Shown: piece by piece, positions 20,293 through 29,930 of the stretch
Position numbering within the stretch: position 1 is the stretch's first letter
How the letters are laid out: each line of letters begins with the position of its first letter
From: an uncultured Gammaproteobacteria bacterium
Lineage (GTDB): Bacteria > Patescibacteriota > Microgenomatia > UBA10105 > UBA927
Direction: 5' to 3'
NCBI GenBank assembly: GCA_964629685.1
Contig: CAZVTT010000001.1
Span: 449,319-513,318, forward strand
Length of the DNA stretch: 64,000 nt
The notes under the pieces: model-generated
Database searches by the model: none
Told to the model about the DNA's origin: nothing
Seen by the model: the letters and a program-made list of their open reading frames with translations, nothing else
Position numbers and translations under genes: made by a program

Positions 20293-21711
20293 ATGACAAC
20301 ATCATTACCAGATCTGGTATTGCCTAAAATAAGACATTTTGGTCTTTCAATAGATACTAACTCCCTTCATGCTGTTGAATTAGATAAAAATAATGAAATT
20401 AAACATATGGCAGAAATACTGCTTCCTGATGGTGTATTCGCTGATGGAATTCTTAAACAGTCAGCGATATTAACGGAAGGTCTTAAGCGGTTACGTTGGT
20501 CAGCAAAAATAGATACGCCATATATTGCCGTTTGTTTTCCTGAAGCTTTTGCCTTTACCCGTGGCCTCATGCTTCCTGCGATTCCGTTAGAAGAAGTGGG
20601 TGAGGCAGTGCTTTGGAGAGCAAAAGATCTATTTCCTTTTCCGGTTGAGGAAATATATTTTGACTGGAAAGTACTCAGTAAAACTGAAAATGAATATAAA
20701 TTAGCGGTTGTTGCGGTTCAAAAGAAAATTATTGATCCATTAATAGATGTACTTGTTCAGGCTGGTTTACGTCCATTAAGTTTTGAACCGGATGCATCCG
20801 CTATCGCGCGACTGCTTGTACTTAAACCGGATCAACATATATTGGTAGCGGATATTAATAAAAAGGTCGCCTATGTTACGTTAGTAGAGGGACAGAAGGC
20901 GTTATTTACCACCGTGGTAAATTATCCTTTGGAAGGCGGAGTAGCAAAGTACATAGCAAATTTAAATGATACGATCAATGAAATCGGTACGTACTACAAA
21001 CGAAAAGGTGTAGTTAAAGAGGATGTTGTCAATGTTATTCTTACAGGAGAAGTGGCATCCGAAGATTGGTTAAAACAAATACCATATCCTTCAAAATTAT
21101 TAATAACAAAAACGTCTAATACCGGATATAACAAATCTTATGCCGCTGCCATTGGCAAAATTGTACCGCCTACAGATCCTGATACGATAAATTTATTACC
21201 GTCTTCTAAACAGTTATATTACGACAGTGAGCGTAATAATACCTATTATAAAGTGCTTCTAACCAGAATTCTTATTTTTGTCGGTATTTTAGCCGGAATA
21301 TCCGCAGCAGCTTATGCATCCGTATTATTTGAACGGCAAAGGCTAGACACTGAAGTGAAGCGTATGACGACTTTAAACCAATCTCAAACTACCGGTTCCC
21401 AAGGGTTATTACGTTTAAATGCAGAAGCTAAGGCAGTGGTTGCTTTAGCACCACTCCGTAAAACTCAAAAGGATAACATAGCATTACTGGCATCTTTAGT
21501 ACCACCAACTATTAAGTTAACGGAAATGGAATACGACGACTCAAAATTGCTTTTTACGATTAGCGGAGTAGCTACTACAAGAGAGGCATTACTTGAGTTT
21601 AGGGAAAAGCTGGAGAATTCTGAGTCATTTGGAAAAGTTAACATTCCGCTTGGAATTCTGGAAGTACCAGTTAACGTGCGGTTTGCACTGTCATTTGTAA
21701 CAACCAAATAA
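20293..21711 (+). CDS. pilM: PilM-PilN fusion-like pilus alignment protein
   Basis: GLSID, FPFPVEEIYFDW, INLLP motif, TM, PilN-like ISGVA..R. Confidence 0.75.
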   Translation: MTTSLPDLVLPKIRHFGLSIDTNSLHAVELDKNNEIKHMAEILLPDGVFADGILKQSAILTEGLKRLRWSAKIDTPYIAVCFPEAFAFTRGLMLPAIPLEEVGEAVLWRAKDLFPFPVEEIYFDWKVLSKTENEYKLAVVAVQKKIIDPLIDVLVQAGLRPLSFEPDASAIARLLVLKPDQHILVADINKKVAYVTLVEGQKALFTTVVNYPLEGGVAKYIANLNDTINEIGTYYKRKGVVKEDVVNVILTGEVASEDWLKQIPYPSKLLITKTSNTGYNKSYAAAIGKIVPPTDPDTINLLPSSKQLYYDSERNNTYYKVLLTRILIFVGILAGISAAAYASVLFERQRLDTEVKRMTTLNQSQTTGSQGLLRLNAEAKAVVALAPLRKTQKDNIALLASLVPPTIKLTEMEYDDSKLLFTISGVATTREALLEFREKLENSESFGKVNIPLGILEVPVNVRFALSFVTTK

Positions 21712-21712
21712 A

Positions 21713-22261
21713 ATGGGAAATAAAACAACATTACGGGTGCAGAATACGATTTCGCTTTTCGTAGCTGGCATTGTAGGGCTGACGTTAATGAACATTCTTT
21801 TCTTGTTATTGGTATCGAATGAAGGGAAGACTATTTCTTTGTTGAAAAAACAACTCGTGCAGTTGGAACAGGATAATGTAATTTTAGATTCTTCTGAAGA
21901 GATATCAGAATCGTATACAGAAGAAATTGCACTCCTATCAAAAGTATTTCCGAATGAAGAAACCATTCTTAGCTTTCTTCAATCTCTTGAAGGTTTAACA
22001 AAAGAAAATTCCAGTGAATATTCCGTTAAATTTACGTCGTTAAATCCGCTTGCAGAACAGGACAAATTGTTTCTCGTTTTATCCGTTTTTATGAAGACAG
22101 ATAAAACCCGTTTGGCAAATTTTTTGAAACGGTTGGAACAACTACCGTATATGACACAGGTAAATAGTACAGTTATTCATATGCCGGATGGTTTTGACGG
22201 GAGCTTAGATGTGAGTCAAACCATTAAAGTTTATGTCCAAAATCCCTTTGCTGCAAAATAA
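21713..22261 (+). CDS. PilO-like protein
   Basis: N-terminal TM, coiled coil, FP.E, FLKRLEQLPY; follows pilM/N. Confidence 0.6.
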   Translation: MGNKTTLRVQNTISLFVAGIVGLTLMNILFLLLVSNEGKTISLLKKQLVQLEQDNVILDSSEEISESYTEEIALLSKVFPNEETILSFLQSLEGLTKENSSEYSVKFTSLNPLAEQDKLFLVLSVFMKTDKTRLANFLKRLEQLPYMTQVNSTVIHMPDGFDGSLDVSQTIKVYVQNPFAAK

Positions 22262-22439
22262 GGAAAATATAATTACGGTTGCAATACTAACCGTGTTGAT
22301 ATCTCTGGTGTTGGCGAACGTTATGGTATTAGCGCCTTCCGTTATATCTGTATTTTCCCGAACGGAAACGAAAACTAAGACAAATCCGATAGATATAGGT
22401 ACGTTAAATAGTGCGGTGGAAATATTAAATACTCCTTAG
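22233..22439 (+). CDS. Small single-TM protein of pilus operon
   Basis: One TM; overlaps end of pilO-like gene. Confidence 0.5.
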   Translation: MSKIPLLQNKENIITVAILTVLISLVLANVMVLAPSVISVFSRTETKTKTNPIDIGTLNSAVEILNTP

Positions 22440-22605
22440 GATAAAAGCAGGCGAATAGAAGAAGATTTTTATTGACAAGCTCTTGATTATTCTGTTACGC
22501 TAAATTTATAACGATGCTCATCACTGATCTCTTTTCCTGAAATGAATACCTGCCTATGGTTAAAAAACTTTTGACTTTTGTTCTTATAGAGAGGGGGTGA
22601 GAGTG

Positions 22606-23049
22606 ATGAAACAACTACTTAGAAAGTTTTCGGGGCGTAAAGGTTTCACCCTCATCGAACTTCTCGTCGTAATCGGAATTATCGGTATTTTAGCCGCAGT
22701 TGTACTTGTCGCAGTAAATCCTGGCCGACAATTTGCTTCCGCACGTGATACACAACGGAGAGCGGATTTGTATGGTATAACAAACGCTATTTACCAGTAC
22801 GCGACGGAGAACAATGGGAATATTCCCACTGTTATTACGGCAACCCCGACAAATATCGGTACTGGGGGCGGTATGATCGATCTTACCGCAACCTTAGTCC
22901 CGACGTATATTGCAGCAATTCCGAGAGATCCATCGAACGGAACGGATGCAAATACACAATACGTAATTTTCAGAAACTCAAGCGGTCGTGTTGTGGCAAG
23001 TGCGTCGAGTGAATTAAATCCTGGTCAGTATATTAGCGTTGTTCGGTAA
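22606..23049 (+). CDS. Type IV major pilin (copy 1)
   Basis: KG|FTLIELLVVIGII; SD GGGGTG; TTGACA at 22472; own terminator. Confidence 0.92.
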   Translation: MKQLLRKFSGRKGFTLIELLVVIGIIGILAAVVLVAVNPGRQFASARDTQRRADLYGITNAIYQYATENNGNIPTVITATPTNIGTGGGMIDLTATLVPTYIAAIPRDPSNGTDANTQYVIFRNSSGRVVASASSELNPGQYISVVR

Positions 23050-23068
23050 TGTACTCCTAGATTTTTTT

Positions 23069-23100
23069 AACGTAGGCCCTCTTCTGAGGGCCTACGTTTT
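23069..23100 (+). terminator. Rho-independent terminator after pilin 1
   Basis: AACGTAGGCCCTC-ttct-GAGGGCCTACGTT followed by T's. Confidence 0.85.
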
Positions 23101-23171
23101 GTTTGGATAGAATAATTCGTGCAGGCGCGATTGCATTATCGTACTTACTCGATTAGGCTAGAATTAGTACT

Positions 23172-23927
23172 ATGAAAACGGTTTTTCACAATAAGATTAT
23201 TGTAATAATCGGTATAGTTTTTTTATTGGTTGTTGTCGGTACTGTTTTTGTAACCGGACAGTTCGGAAATGCTTTAGGTATGCGGTTTAATAGCATTACT
23301 CCACCTATAAATACTGATCCCGTGTCCGGTCGTGAAAAAAAGCAAATAAAACGGGTTACCCTGCAAAGCGATGACGATACAAAATGTATTCAAGTTACTC
23401 CGGATGGCATTATCCGTGTATTCGAAACGTGTGAGGGAGAAGCTACCAACGCAGCGCGTTCACAGGAAAATAAAATTGTACAGGAATTGTTCAAACGGAT
23501 AGAAGAAACGACGTTTACGTCTCAGTATAAAAGACGTCCGAATGGAAAAAGCATTATAGTTACTGTGGAAACTGAGCAGGGTACAGAGGTGTTATACTTG
23601 CCGGTCTCATCCGGGGGAAACGGAAGTGGATTAGATAATCAAATACAACAAATAATAGAAACAATCGATAAAATAACAGAAATAGTGACTCTTCCAACGC
23701 CAACTCCTCAAATAACGGATACGCCAACTCCCACATTACCCCCGGGTGTGACGGCGACACCCACACCAACGACATCGGTCGGGGGACCAACGCCAACAGG
23801 TACGCCTGTGCCGACGGGAACGATTGCGCCACAGCCTTTTACCTGTGGCTTTACCGAAACAAACGGCCCTAAACCATATAATATTTCAAATTATGTCTGC
23901 ACGACGGAGCCCACTCCCGGATTATAA
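23172..23927 (+). CDS. Membrane-anchored Pro/Thr-rich surface protein
   Basis: N-terminal TM, PTPTP repeats, two Cys pairs. Confidence 0.7.
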   Translation: MKTVFHNKIIVIIGIVFLLVVVGTVFVTGQFGNALGMRFNSITPPINTDPVSGREKKQIKRVTLQSDDDTKCIQVTPDGIIRVFETCEGEATNAARSQENKIVQELFKRIEETTFTSQYKRRPNGKSIIVTVETEQGTEVLYLPVSSGGNGSGLDNQIQQIIETIDKITEIVTLPTPTPQITDTPTPTLPPGVTATPTPTTSVGGPTPTGTPVPTGTIAPQPFTCGFTETNGPKPYNISNYVCTTEPTPGL

Positions 23928-23970
23928 GTATCTGTTGCATTTATGTTATGAACAGCGCTACCATTGATGT

Positions 23971-24393
23971 ATGTGGAAATCACGAGGATTTACACTTATA
24001 GAATTGCTTGTTGTTATTGGTATTATCGGTATTCTTGCTGCCGTCGTTCTGGTTGCTGTAAACCCCGGTCGTCAATTTGCAGCGGCACGTGATACTCAGC
24101 GGCGTAGCGACTTATACGGACTTACGAATGCTATTTATCAGTATGCAGTGGAGAATAACGGTAACATTCCTACGGTGATCACAACTACTGCAACAAACGT
24201 AGGTACGGGAGTAGGGCTAATAAATTTGAGTACCGTTCTGGTTCCCACATACATAGCTGCAATTCCGAAAGATCCGTCGAACGGTACTGATGCAAACACA
24301 CTTTATTCAATTTCCCGTAACGATAGTGGCAGAGTTGTGGCAAGTGCTTCCAGTGAATTAAACCCCGGGACATATATTCAAATTGTTCGGTAG
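23971..24393 (+). CDS. Type IV pilin (copy 2, paralogue of 22606)
   Basis: RG|FTLIELLVVIGII; mature part about 84% identical to copy 1 by manual count. Confidence 0.92.
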   Translation: MWKSRGFTLIELLVVIGIIGILAAVVLVAVNPGRQFAAARDTQRRSDLYGLTNAIYQYAVENNGNIPTVITTTATNVGTGVGLINLSTVLVPTYIAAIPKDPSNGTDANTLYSISRNDSGRVVASASSELNPGTYIQIVR

Positions 24394-24461
24394 TGTACCG
24401 CGTATCCTCTTGTGCATGGTGTACTGTCTGTATATATCTGGGTTCATTCGTTTTTTGATAT

Positions 24462-25982
24462 ATGCTGGCAAAAGTATATTCTGCTGCGCTGGTAGGCCTT
24501 GACGCTGTTACTGTCGTTGTGGAGGTGGATATAGCATCTCAGGGCTTACCTTCATGCACTATTGTAGGCTTACCGGATAAAGCCATAGAGGAAAGTCGGG
24601 AAAGGGTAAGGTCGGCGTTAAAGAATAGCGGGGCGGATTTTCCGGCCCGTCGCATTACTATAAATTTAGCTCCTGCAGATTTACCTAAAGAGGGACCGGC
24701 TTACGATTTACCGATTGCACTGGGTATACTTGTGGCATCTGGACAGATAAAAGCAATTGATACAACCCCATTTGTATATGGTGAATTATCTTTAGAGGGT
24801 ACCGTTCGAGCAACAAATGGTATTCTGCCCTTGGCATTATTGGCAAAAAAACTAAAAGGTCGCGACATTTTTATTCCGGCAGAAAATACAATGGAAGCGG
24901 CACTGGTTCCGGAAATAACTGCTTATCCTGTGGATTCCCTACAGGTATTATTTGATCATCTTACTGGTGTAAAACGTATTAAACCTGCTGTGCCGGTGTT
25001 ACGTAACAATGATAGTGCCTCGGAAACCGATATAGATTTTGGCGATATTCAAGGGCAGGAACAGGCGAAAAGAGCAGCAGAGATCGCGGTTGCAGGTGGG
25101 CATAACATGTTTATGCACGGTCCTCCAGGTGCAGGAAAAACGTTGCTTGCACGGGCAATTCGGGGAATTCTTCCTCGACTAACGGATCAGGAATTAATTG
25201 AGGTAACACAAATATATTCTGTAGTCGGTTTATTAACGCCTGGTACGACCGTATCAGAAAGGCCTTACCGTTCTCCGCACCATACTACCTCTAAAATCGG
25301 TTTGATTGGTGGTGGGAGTTACCCCAAACCTGGTGAAATATCCCTTGCACATAGGGGAGTATTATTCCTGGACGAAATATTGGAATTTCCGCGGAGTGTT
25401 CTTGAAGCCTTACGGCAGCCGGTTGAAGATGGTGTGGTAACTATCTCACGGGCGTCCGGTGCTGTACGTTTTCCGGCAAAATTTATGCTGGTGGCTGCTG
25501 CAAATCCTTGCCCATGCGGGTATTTCGGTTCGAACACACACCGATGTACGTGTACCATGACGCAGATTAACAGGTATCAGAAACGAATGTCTGGTCCACT
25601 GATGGATCGGATAGATATTCATGTTTCTCTGCCGGCTCTTGAGGTCAAAGACCTTATCTTAAGTACAACCGGGCAAAAAACTTCAAAAGAAATTAATTCG
25701 GAAGTTGAAAAAGCGAGAAGTGCACAGTTAAATCGGGCAAACATAATCGGAGTAACTACGAACGCGGAGTTAAGTTCACGTCAAGTGAAGAAATATTGCC
25801 ATATGACGCAGGAGGCGGAATCTATACTGCAGAAAGCAATAACTGTATACCAATTGTCTGCCAGGACATATTATCGAATAATAAAAGTAAGTCAAACGAT
25901 CGCAGATCTGGAATGTGCCGGTATAATCGAAATGCAGCACATTGCGGAAGCGTTACAATATCGGCCAAGGTTTTCTCAATGA
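24462..25982 (+). CDS. comM: ComM/YifB Mg-chelatase-like AAA helicase
   Basis: NLAPADLPKEG, GPPGAGKT, RSPHH, PGEISLAHRGVLFLDE, NPCPCG, GPLMDRID. Confidence 0.94.
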   Translation: MLAKVYSAALVGLDAVTVVVEVDIASQGLPSCTIVGLPDKAIEESRERVRSALKNSGADFPARRITINLAPADLPKEGPAYDLPIALGILVASGQIKAIDTTPFVYGELSLEGTVRATNGILPLALLAKKLKGRDIFIPAENTMEAALVPEITAYPVDSLQVLFDHLTGVKRIKPAVPVLRNNDSASETDIDFGDIQGQEQAKRAAEIAVAGGHNMFMHGPPGAGKTLLARAIRGILPRLTDQELIEVTQIYSVVGLLTPGTTVSERPYRSPHHTTSKIGLIGGGSYPKPGEISLAHRGVLFLDEILEFPRSVLEALRQPVEDGVVTISRASGAVRFPAKFMLVAAANPCPCGYFGSNTHRCTCTMTQINRYQKRMSGPLMDRIDIHVSLPALEVKDLILSTTGQKTSKEINSEVEKARSAQLNRANIIGVTTNAELSSRQVKKYCHMTQEAESILQKAITVYQLSARTYYRIIKVSQTIADLECAGIIEMQHIAEALQYRPRFSQ

Positions 25983-27241
25983 AAAGACCTCAGATTTTCC
26001 AGAAATTCGTTACAGTAGCCATAGGGTTAGTATTGATCATAGGCGCTTTTGTAGCATTTTCGCGCGCGAGTTCTTCGCTAGTATATGTTAACGATGAAGT
26101 CTCATGGTTTTTTCATACGAAGTTTTATGAGCTGGCTATCATTAAACAAGATTTTTCATCATCAGCCTGGCAGTCGTACGAAGCTTACGACCATCCTCCG
26201 TTAGTTAAATATATTTTTGGTTTTGTATTATGGAGATTCGACAAAAAATATGCATTTTACAGAAATGCTCTGGAACAGGAAATTACCCGATGGGATTATT
26301 ATTATGACAGCGAATTTTCAGTCTATTCCTATCCTGAATTAGAGAAATATTTATCTGTTTTACGGGTGTATCAGGTAGGAGTCTCTTCATTAACTGTCGG
26401 GCTTTTTTATAGTATTTTGATGCTGATATTCCGTAGCAGACTTTATAGCTGTATCGGATGTGGATTATTAATAACCAATCCGTTGTTTCAAGCCACAATG
26501 CTGAGGGCAATACCCGACGGTACTATGATACTTCTGGTTTTTACTGTCATTGCTGTCATGTTGTTATTCTTCCGTTCATATAGCTGGAAAACAGCTTTAG
26601 TTTCAGGAATATTTCTTGGTAGTGCAATTTCGGCAAAATTATCCGCACTGGCTATCGTGTTTGGTTTATTGCTTTTTATGGTACTAAAGCAATTTATACA
26701 TTCTCGGGTGCGTTCTATCGCACACCGGCAATTCGGAATTGTACTAATCATAGCTACAATAGTTTGGTTCGGAATTAATCCGTCGCTCTATTCTCATGGT
26801 CTTCAACATTCGTATGAGTATATAACATTTCGGATTGAACAAACCCACAAAATACAGTATGCATATCCTGAATTTACATTAATGTCTTTATCTCAGAAGG
26901 TGGCAGCTAGTTTCTGTGTGGTACTGTATCCGTGTGGATACCCAAACTACCCCAACGGAAGATTTATTGGCTGGGAGGGAATATATATAACTCTTGTACT
27001 GGCGGGTTTTATCAGGGGTATTCGTGCAATACGTATTAAGAATATTCGCGATCCGGATGTGTTTATTTTGAGTATTGGCCTCCAACTTGTTTTTTATACG
27101 GTTATTTATCTTCCTTTAGCGTATGACAGATATTTTTTATTCCTGATTCCCGTAGTCATTGGTACTTGTATAGTAGGGATGCAGGAAATTAGAGAAAGAG
27201 GAGCTCGTTTTATTAACACACTAGCGAAGGTAAAAGGCTAA
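25979..27241 (+). CDS. GT-C/PMT-like membrane glycosyltransferase
   Basis: DE after first TM, DHPPLVKY, SAK, RYF motif, about 10 TMs; ATG 25979 overlaps comM stop. Confidence 0.7.
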   Translation: MKRPQIFQKFVTVAIGLVLIIGAFVAFSRASSSLVYVNDEVSWFFHTKFYELAIIKQDFSSSAWQSYEAYDHPPLVKYIFGFVLWRFDKKYAFYRNALEQEITRWDYYYDSEFSVYSYPELEKYLSVLRVYQVGVSSLTVGLFYSILMLIFRSRLYSCIGCGLLITNPLFQATMLRAIPDGTMILLVFTVIAVMLLFFRSYSWKTALVSGIFLGSAISAKLSALAIVFGLLLFMVLKQFIHSRVRSIAHRQFGIVLIIATIVWFGINPSLYSHGLQHSYEYITFRIEQTHKIQYAYPEFTLMSLSQKVAASFCVVLYPCGYPNYPNGRFIGWEGIYITLVLAGFIRGIRAIRIKNIRDPDVFILSIGLQLVFYTVIYLPLAYDRYFLFLIPVVIGTCIVGMQEIRERGARFINTLAKVKG

Positions 27242-27505
27242 TATTAGTTCGATGCTGAGAATAGTGCCGGCGAGTATCAATGTTTTGGTTAAATCTTTTC
27301 TTATGGCATTTAATTCCGTTTGATCTATGTTCGCCACCCCGATTCTTGCGACTTGACGGTCGGAAGAACGGGTAAAACTGAATAATGTCGGAGTATTCGG
27401 AGTGTGTGTATTACTTAGGGGTACATCCGGTGCTAGTACGGTACCTACAGTAGGCTTCCGTACTTTATCGGCGTGTTGTTTCTGGCGTTTGGTTTTTTTC
27501 GGCAT
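27221..27505 (-). CDS. Small tail-anchored hypothetical protein
   Basis: MPKKTKRQK start; IRKDLTKT followed by C-terminal TM. Confidence 0.6.
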   Translation of the reverse strand: MPKKTKRQKQHADKVRKPTVGTVLAPDVPLSNTHTPNTPTLFSFTRSSDRQVARIGVANIDQTELNAIRKDLTKTLILAGTILSIELILAFYLR

Positions 27506-27618
27506 AAGTTGGTAACAAGGGGAGCCTATCACAGCTGAGTTTTTGTTGTCAAACCCGTAAATTGTACAATTCATTTATTGACAACATCTTCGTCGTAATC
27601 GTAACATAGTGAATACGA

Positions 27619-28107
27619 ATGGTGTTCAATACTTCCTGGTTTATTGTTTTAGGGATAAGTCTTAGTATTATCTGGCTAAGTATCGTAACTGTATTTTTGA
27701 TACGGTTGCAGAGACACTATAATAACCTGACTCGGGGAGTTTCAAAAAAAGGGCTTATTGAAATACTGACTAAGCTTATTGAAACTCACGAACAAGTAGA
27801 AAATAGAGTAACGGAGTTAGAATCTCAGCTAAATGCCCTGGAGGCAGATGGTGTCTGGCACTACCAGAAACTTGGTATTGTGAGGTTTAATCCATTTTCG
27901 GATACAGGAGGTAGTCAAAGTTTTTCATTGGCTATACTTGATGGTCACAATAATGGGATAGTTATGACATCTCTTCATGCCAGAAGCGGAAACAGGTGGT
28001 ACGTAAAAGAGATTGTACAAGGCAAGGGGATCAACGTAGAATTATCTAAGGAGGAGCAGGCGGCGATCCGTACAGCACAACGGCATCAAGACGACAAATC
28101 AGTATGA
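27619..28107 (+). CDS. DUF4446 family protein
   Basis: TM, coiled coil, GIVRFNPFSDTGGSQSFS, LSKEE. Confidence 0.85.
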   Translation: MVFNTSWFIVLGISLSIIWLSIVTVFLIRLQRHYNNLTRGVSKKGLIEILTKLIETHEQVENRVTELESQLNALEADGVWHYQKLGIVRFNPFSDTGGSQSFSLAILDGHNNGIVMTSLHARSGNRWYVKEIVQGKGINVELSKEEQAAIRTAQRHQDDKSV

Positions 28108-29276
28108 AAAAACAACAATTGATCACTCTTGGTTTTATAGGGTTAAGTTTGTATCTAATTTCGGCAGGGTTATCTTTTGCCGGATTTAGTTATTTTGGAG
28201 GATCTACGGAAGCTGCTCCGGGGATTACGCTTCCCGATGATAAGAATAATCCAAAGTCCGGTTTTCAAGTTGATCCGGGTGCACCAAAAACGGAAGTGTG
28301 TCCTATAAATGGTCAGATGTTCACCACGGCGGAAAAAGACATTTGGCAAACCAGACGACCACTCGCTGTTATGATTGAAAACCATGAAGAGTCCAGACCT
28401 CAATCGGGTCTTTCGTCTGCTGACGTAGTTTATGAAGCTGTAGCAGAAGGTGGAATTACCAGATTTATGGGAATATTTTACTGCGGGGCGGCTACACCGG
28501 TAACATTGGCTCCCGTACGCAGTGCCCGTGTATATTTTCTTCCTTGGGTGCTTGAGTATGACGCGTTATACAACCACGTCGGCGGTGCGGGTCGGTGCAA
28601 TGATGATACCGTAGACGAACGTGCTAAGGCTTTGTGCAGGATCGAGGAATGGAAAGTTAAAGATATGGATCAGTTCGGTATTTCCTTCCCTACGTGTTAT
28701 CGGAACTACGATAGATTGGATCATCCTGTCGCTACCGAACATACTATGGTGTGTTTTTCGGATAAACTATTTAAATTAGCAGCTGAACGGGGTTGGACAA
28801 ACACTGATGCAACAGGTATCAGTTGGGACAAAAATTATCGATCTTGGAAATTTAAAGATGAAACGAAAGGTGCAGGTACCGTATCAACGATTAGTTATGT
28901 TGCCTGGAAAGGATATGAATCATCCTATGGTGTTAAATGGGATTATGATTCGGCCACAAATACGTATAAGCGATCAAATGGCGGCGTACCGCATGAAGAT
29001 TTGGAAGTAAAACAACAGTTAAGTCCCAAGGCGGTAATAGTGCAATTTGCGAAAGAAATCGGCCCAGTTGATACTCATGCGCATTTGCTTTATAACAACA
29101 TCGGTACGGGAGATGGTTTGTTGTTCCAGGATGGTACTATAACAAAAATATCCTGGAGTAAGCCCAACAGACTGGCACGAACCATTTTTAGTGACGAAAA
29201 GGGTAAAGAGGTTCAGCTCAACCGGGGTCAAATTTGGATTAGCATGTTACCTGTAGGTACAGTTGTTTCGTATTAA
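28104..29276 (+). CDS. DUF3048 family exported protein
   Basis: RPLAVMIEN, RPQSGL..AD.VYE..AEGGITR, PVRSAR, GQIW. Confidence 0.88.
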   Translation: MKKQQLITLGFIGLSLYLISAGLSFAGFSYFGGSTEAAPGITLPDDKNNPKSGFQVDPGAPKTEVCPINGQMFTTAEKDIWQTRRPLAVMIENHEESRPQSGLSSADVVYEAVAEGGITRFMGIFYCGAATPVTLAPVRSARVYFLPWVLEYDALYNHVGGAGRCNDDTVDERAKALCRIEEWKVKDMDQFGISFPTCYRNYDRLDHPVATEHTMVCFSDKLFKLAAERGWTNTDATGISWDKNYRSWKFKDETKGAGTVSTISYVAWKGYESSYGVKWDYDSATNTYKRSNGGVPHEDLEVKQQLSPKAVIVQFAKEIGPVDTHAHLLYNNIGTGDGLLFQDGTITKISWSKPNRLARTIFSDEKGKEVQLNRGQIWISMLPVGTVVSY

Positions 29277-29318
29277 AAATACATCGTATAAATTAGACCT
29301 GCCCCGGGAGGAGAACAC

Positions 29319-29906
29319 ATGATTTTAGAAGATATCATTATCTCCAGAGTCCGGGTAAAAATACTTACTCTTTTTTTATCGAACCCTGGTCACATATTTC
29401 ATGTTCGCGATATTGTCCGCAAGGTCGGCGAAGAAATTAATGCCGTTCGGCGTGAGCTTGCTCATATGGAAAAAGCCGGCATGGTGGCGAAGGAACAACG
29501 AGCCAACAGATTGTTCTACGGATTCAGAAAAGATTATCCTTTGTACTATGAATTTCTTGAGCTGGTGGGAAAAACGACAGGATTAGGTTGGGATATTCTT
29601 AAGCAGAAAGCGAAATTAGGTAAGATAAAGTTCGCTATGCTTTCCGGAAGATATTTACGGAGTGATACGAAAAAATCTCCAACCGATGTGGATTTGCTCA
29701 TTGTCGGAACTGTGGTCCTTCCCGAATTGGCGCAACTGGTTAAAGCTGAGGAAGTCAGGAAGGAACGGGAATTAAATTATACCGTAATGACGGATGATGA
29801 ATTTACCTTCAGAAAACGTCGACGGGATCCCTTTGTGCTGGCTATATTGGAAGGTTCCCGGGTTATGGTAGTCGGTGATGAGGAGGAACTTACTTCAGCA
29901 GCGTAA
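29319..29906 (+). CDS. wHTH + nucleotidyltransferase-like domain regulator
   Basis: SRVRVKIL, INAVRREL, DVDLLIVG. Confidence 0.7.
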   Translation: MILEDIIISRVRVKILTLFLSNPGHIFHVRDIVRKVGEEINAVRRELAHMEKAGMVAKEQRANRLFYGFRKDYPLYYEFLELVGKTTGLGWDILKQKAKLGKIKFAMLSGRYLRSDTKKSPTDVDLLIVGTVVLPELAQLVKAEEVRKERELNYTVMTDDEFTFRKRRRDPFVLAILEGSRVMVVGDEEELTSAA

Positions 29907-29930
29907 TCTGCTCATGGTACAATACCCACT

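Noticed and set aside
23690-23830. Pro/Thr repeats as a DNA tandem repeat
   Set aside because: Protein-level low-complexity linker with varied codons, common in surface proteins
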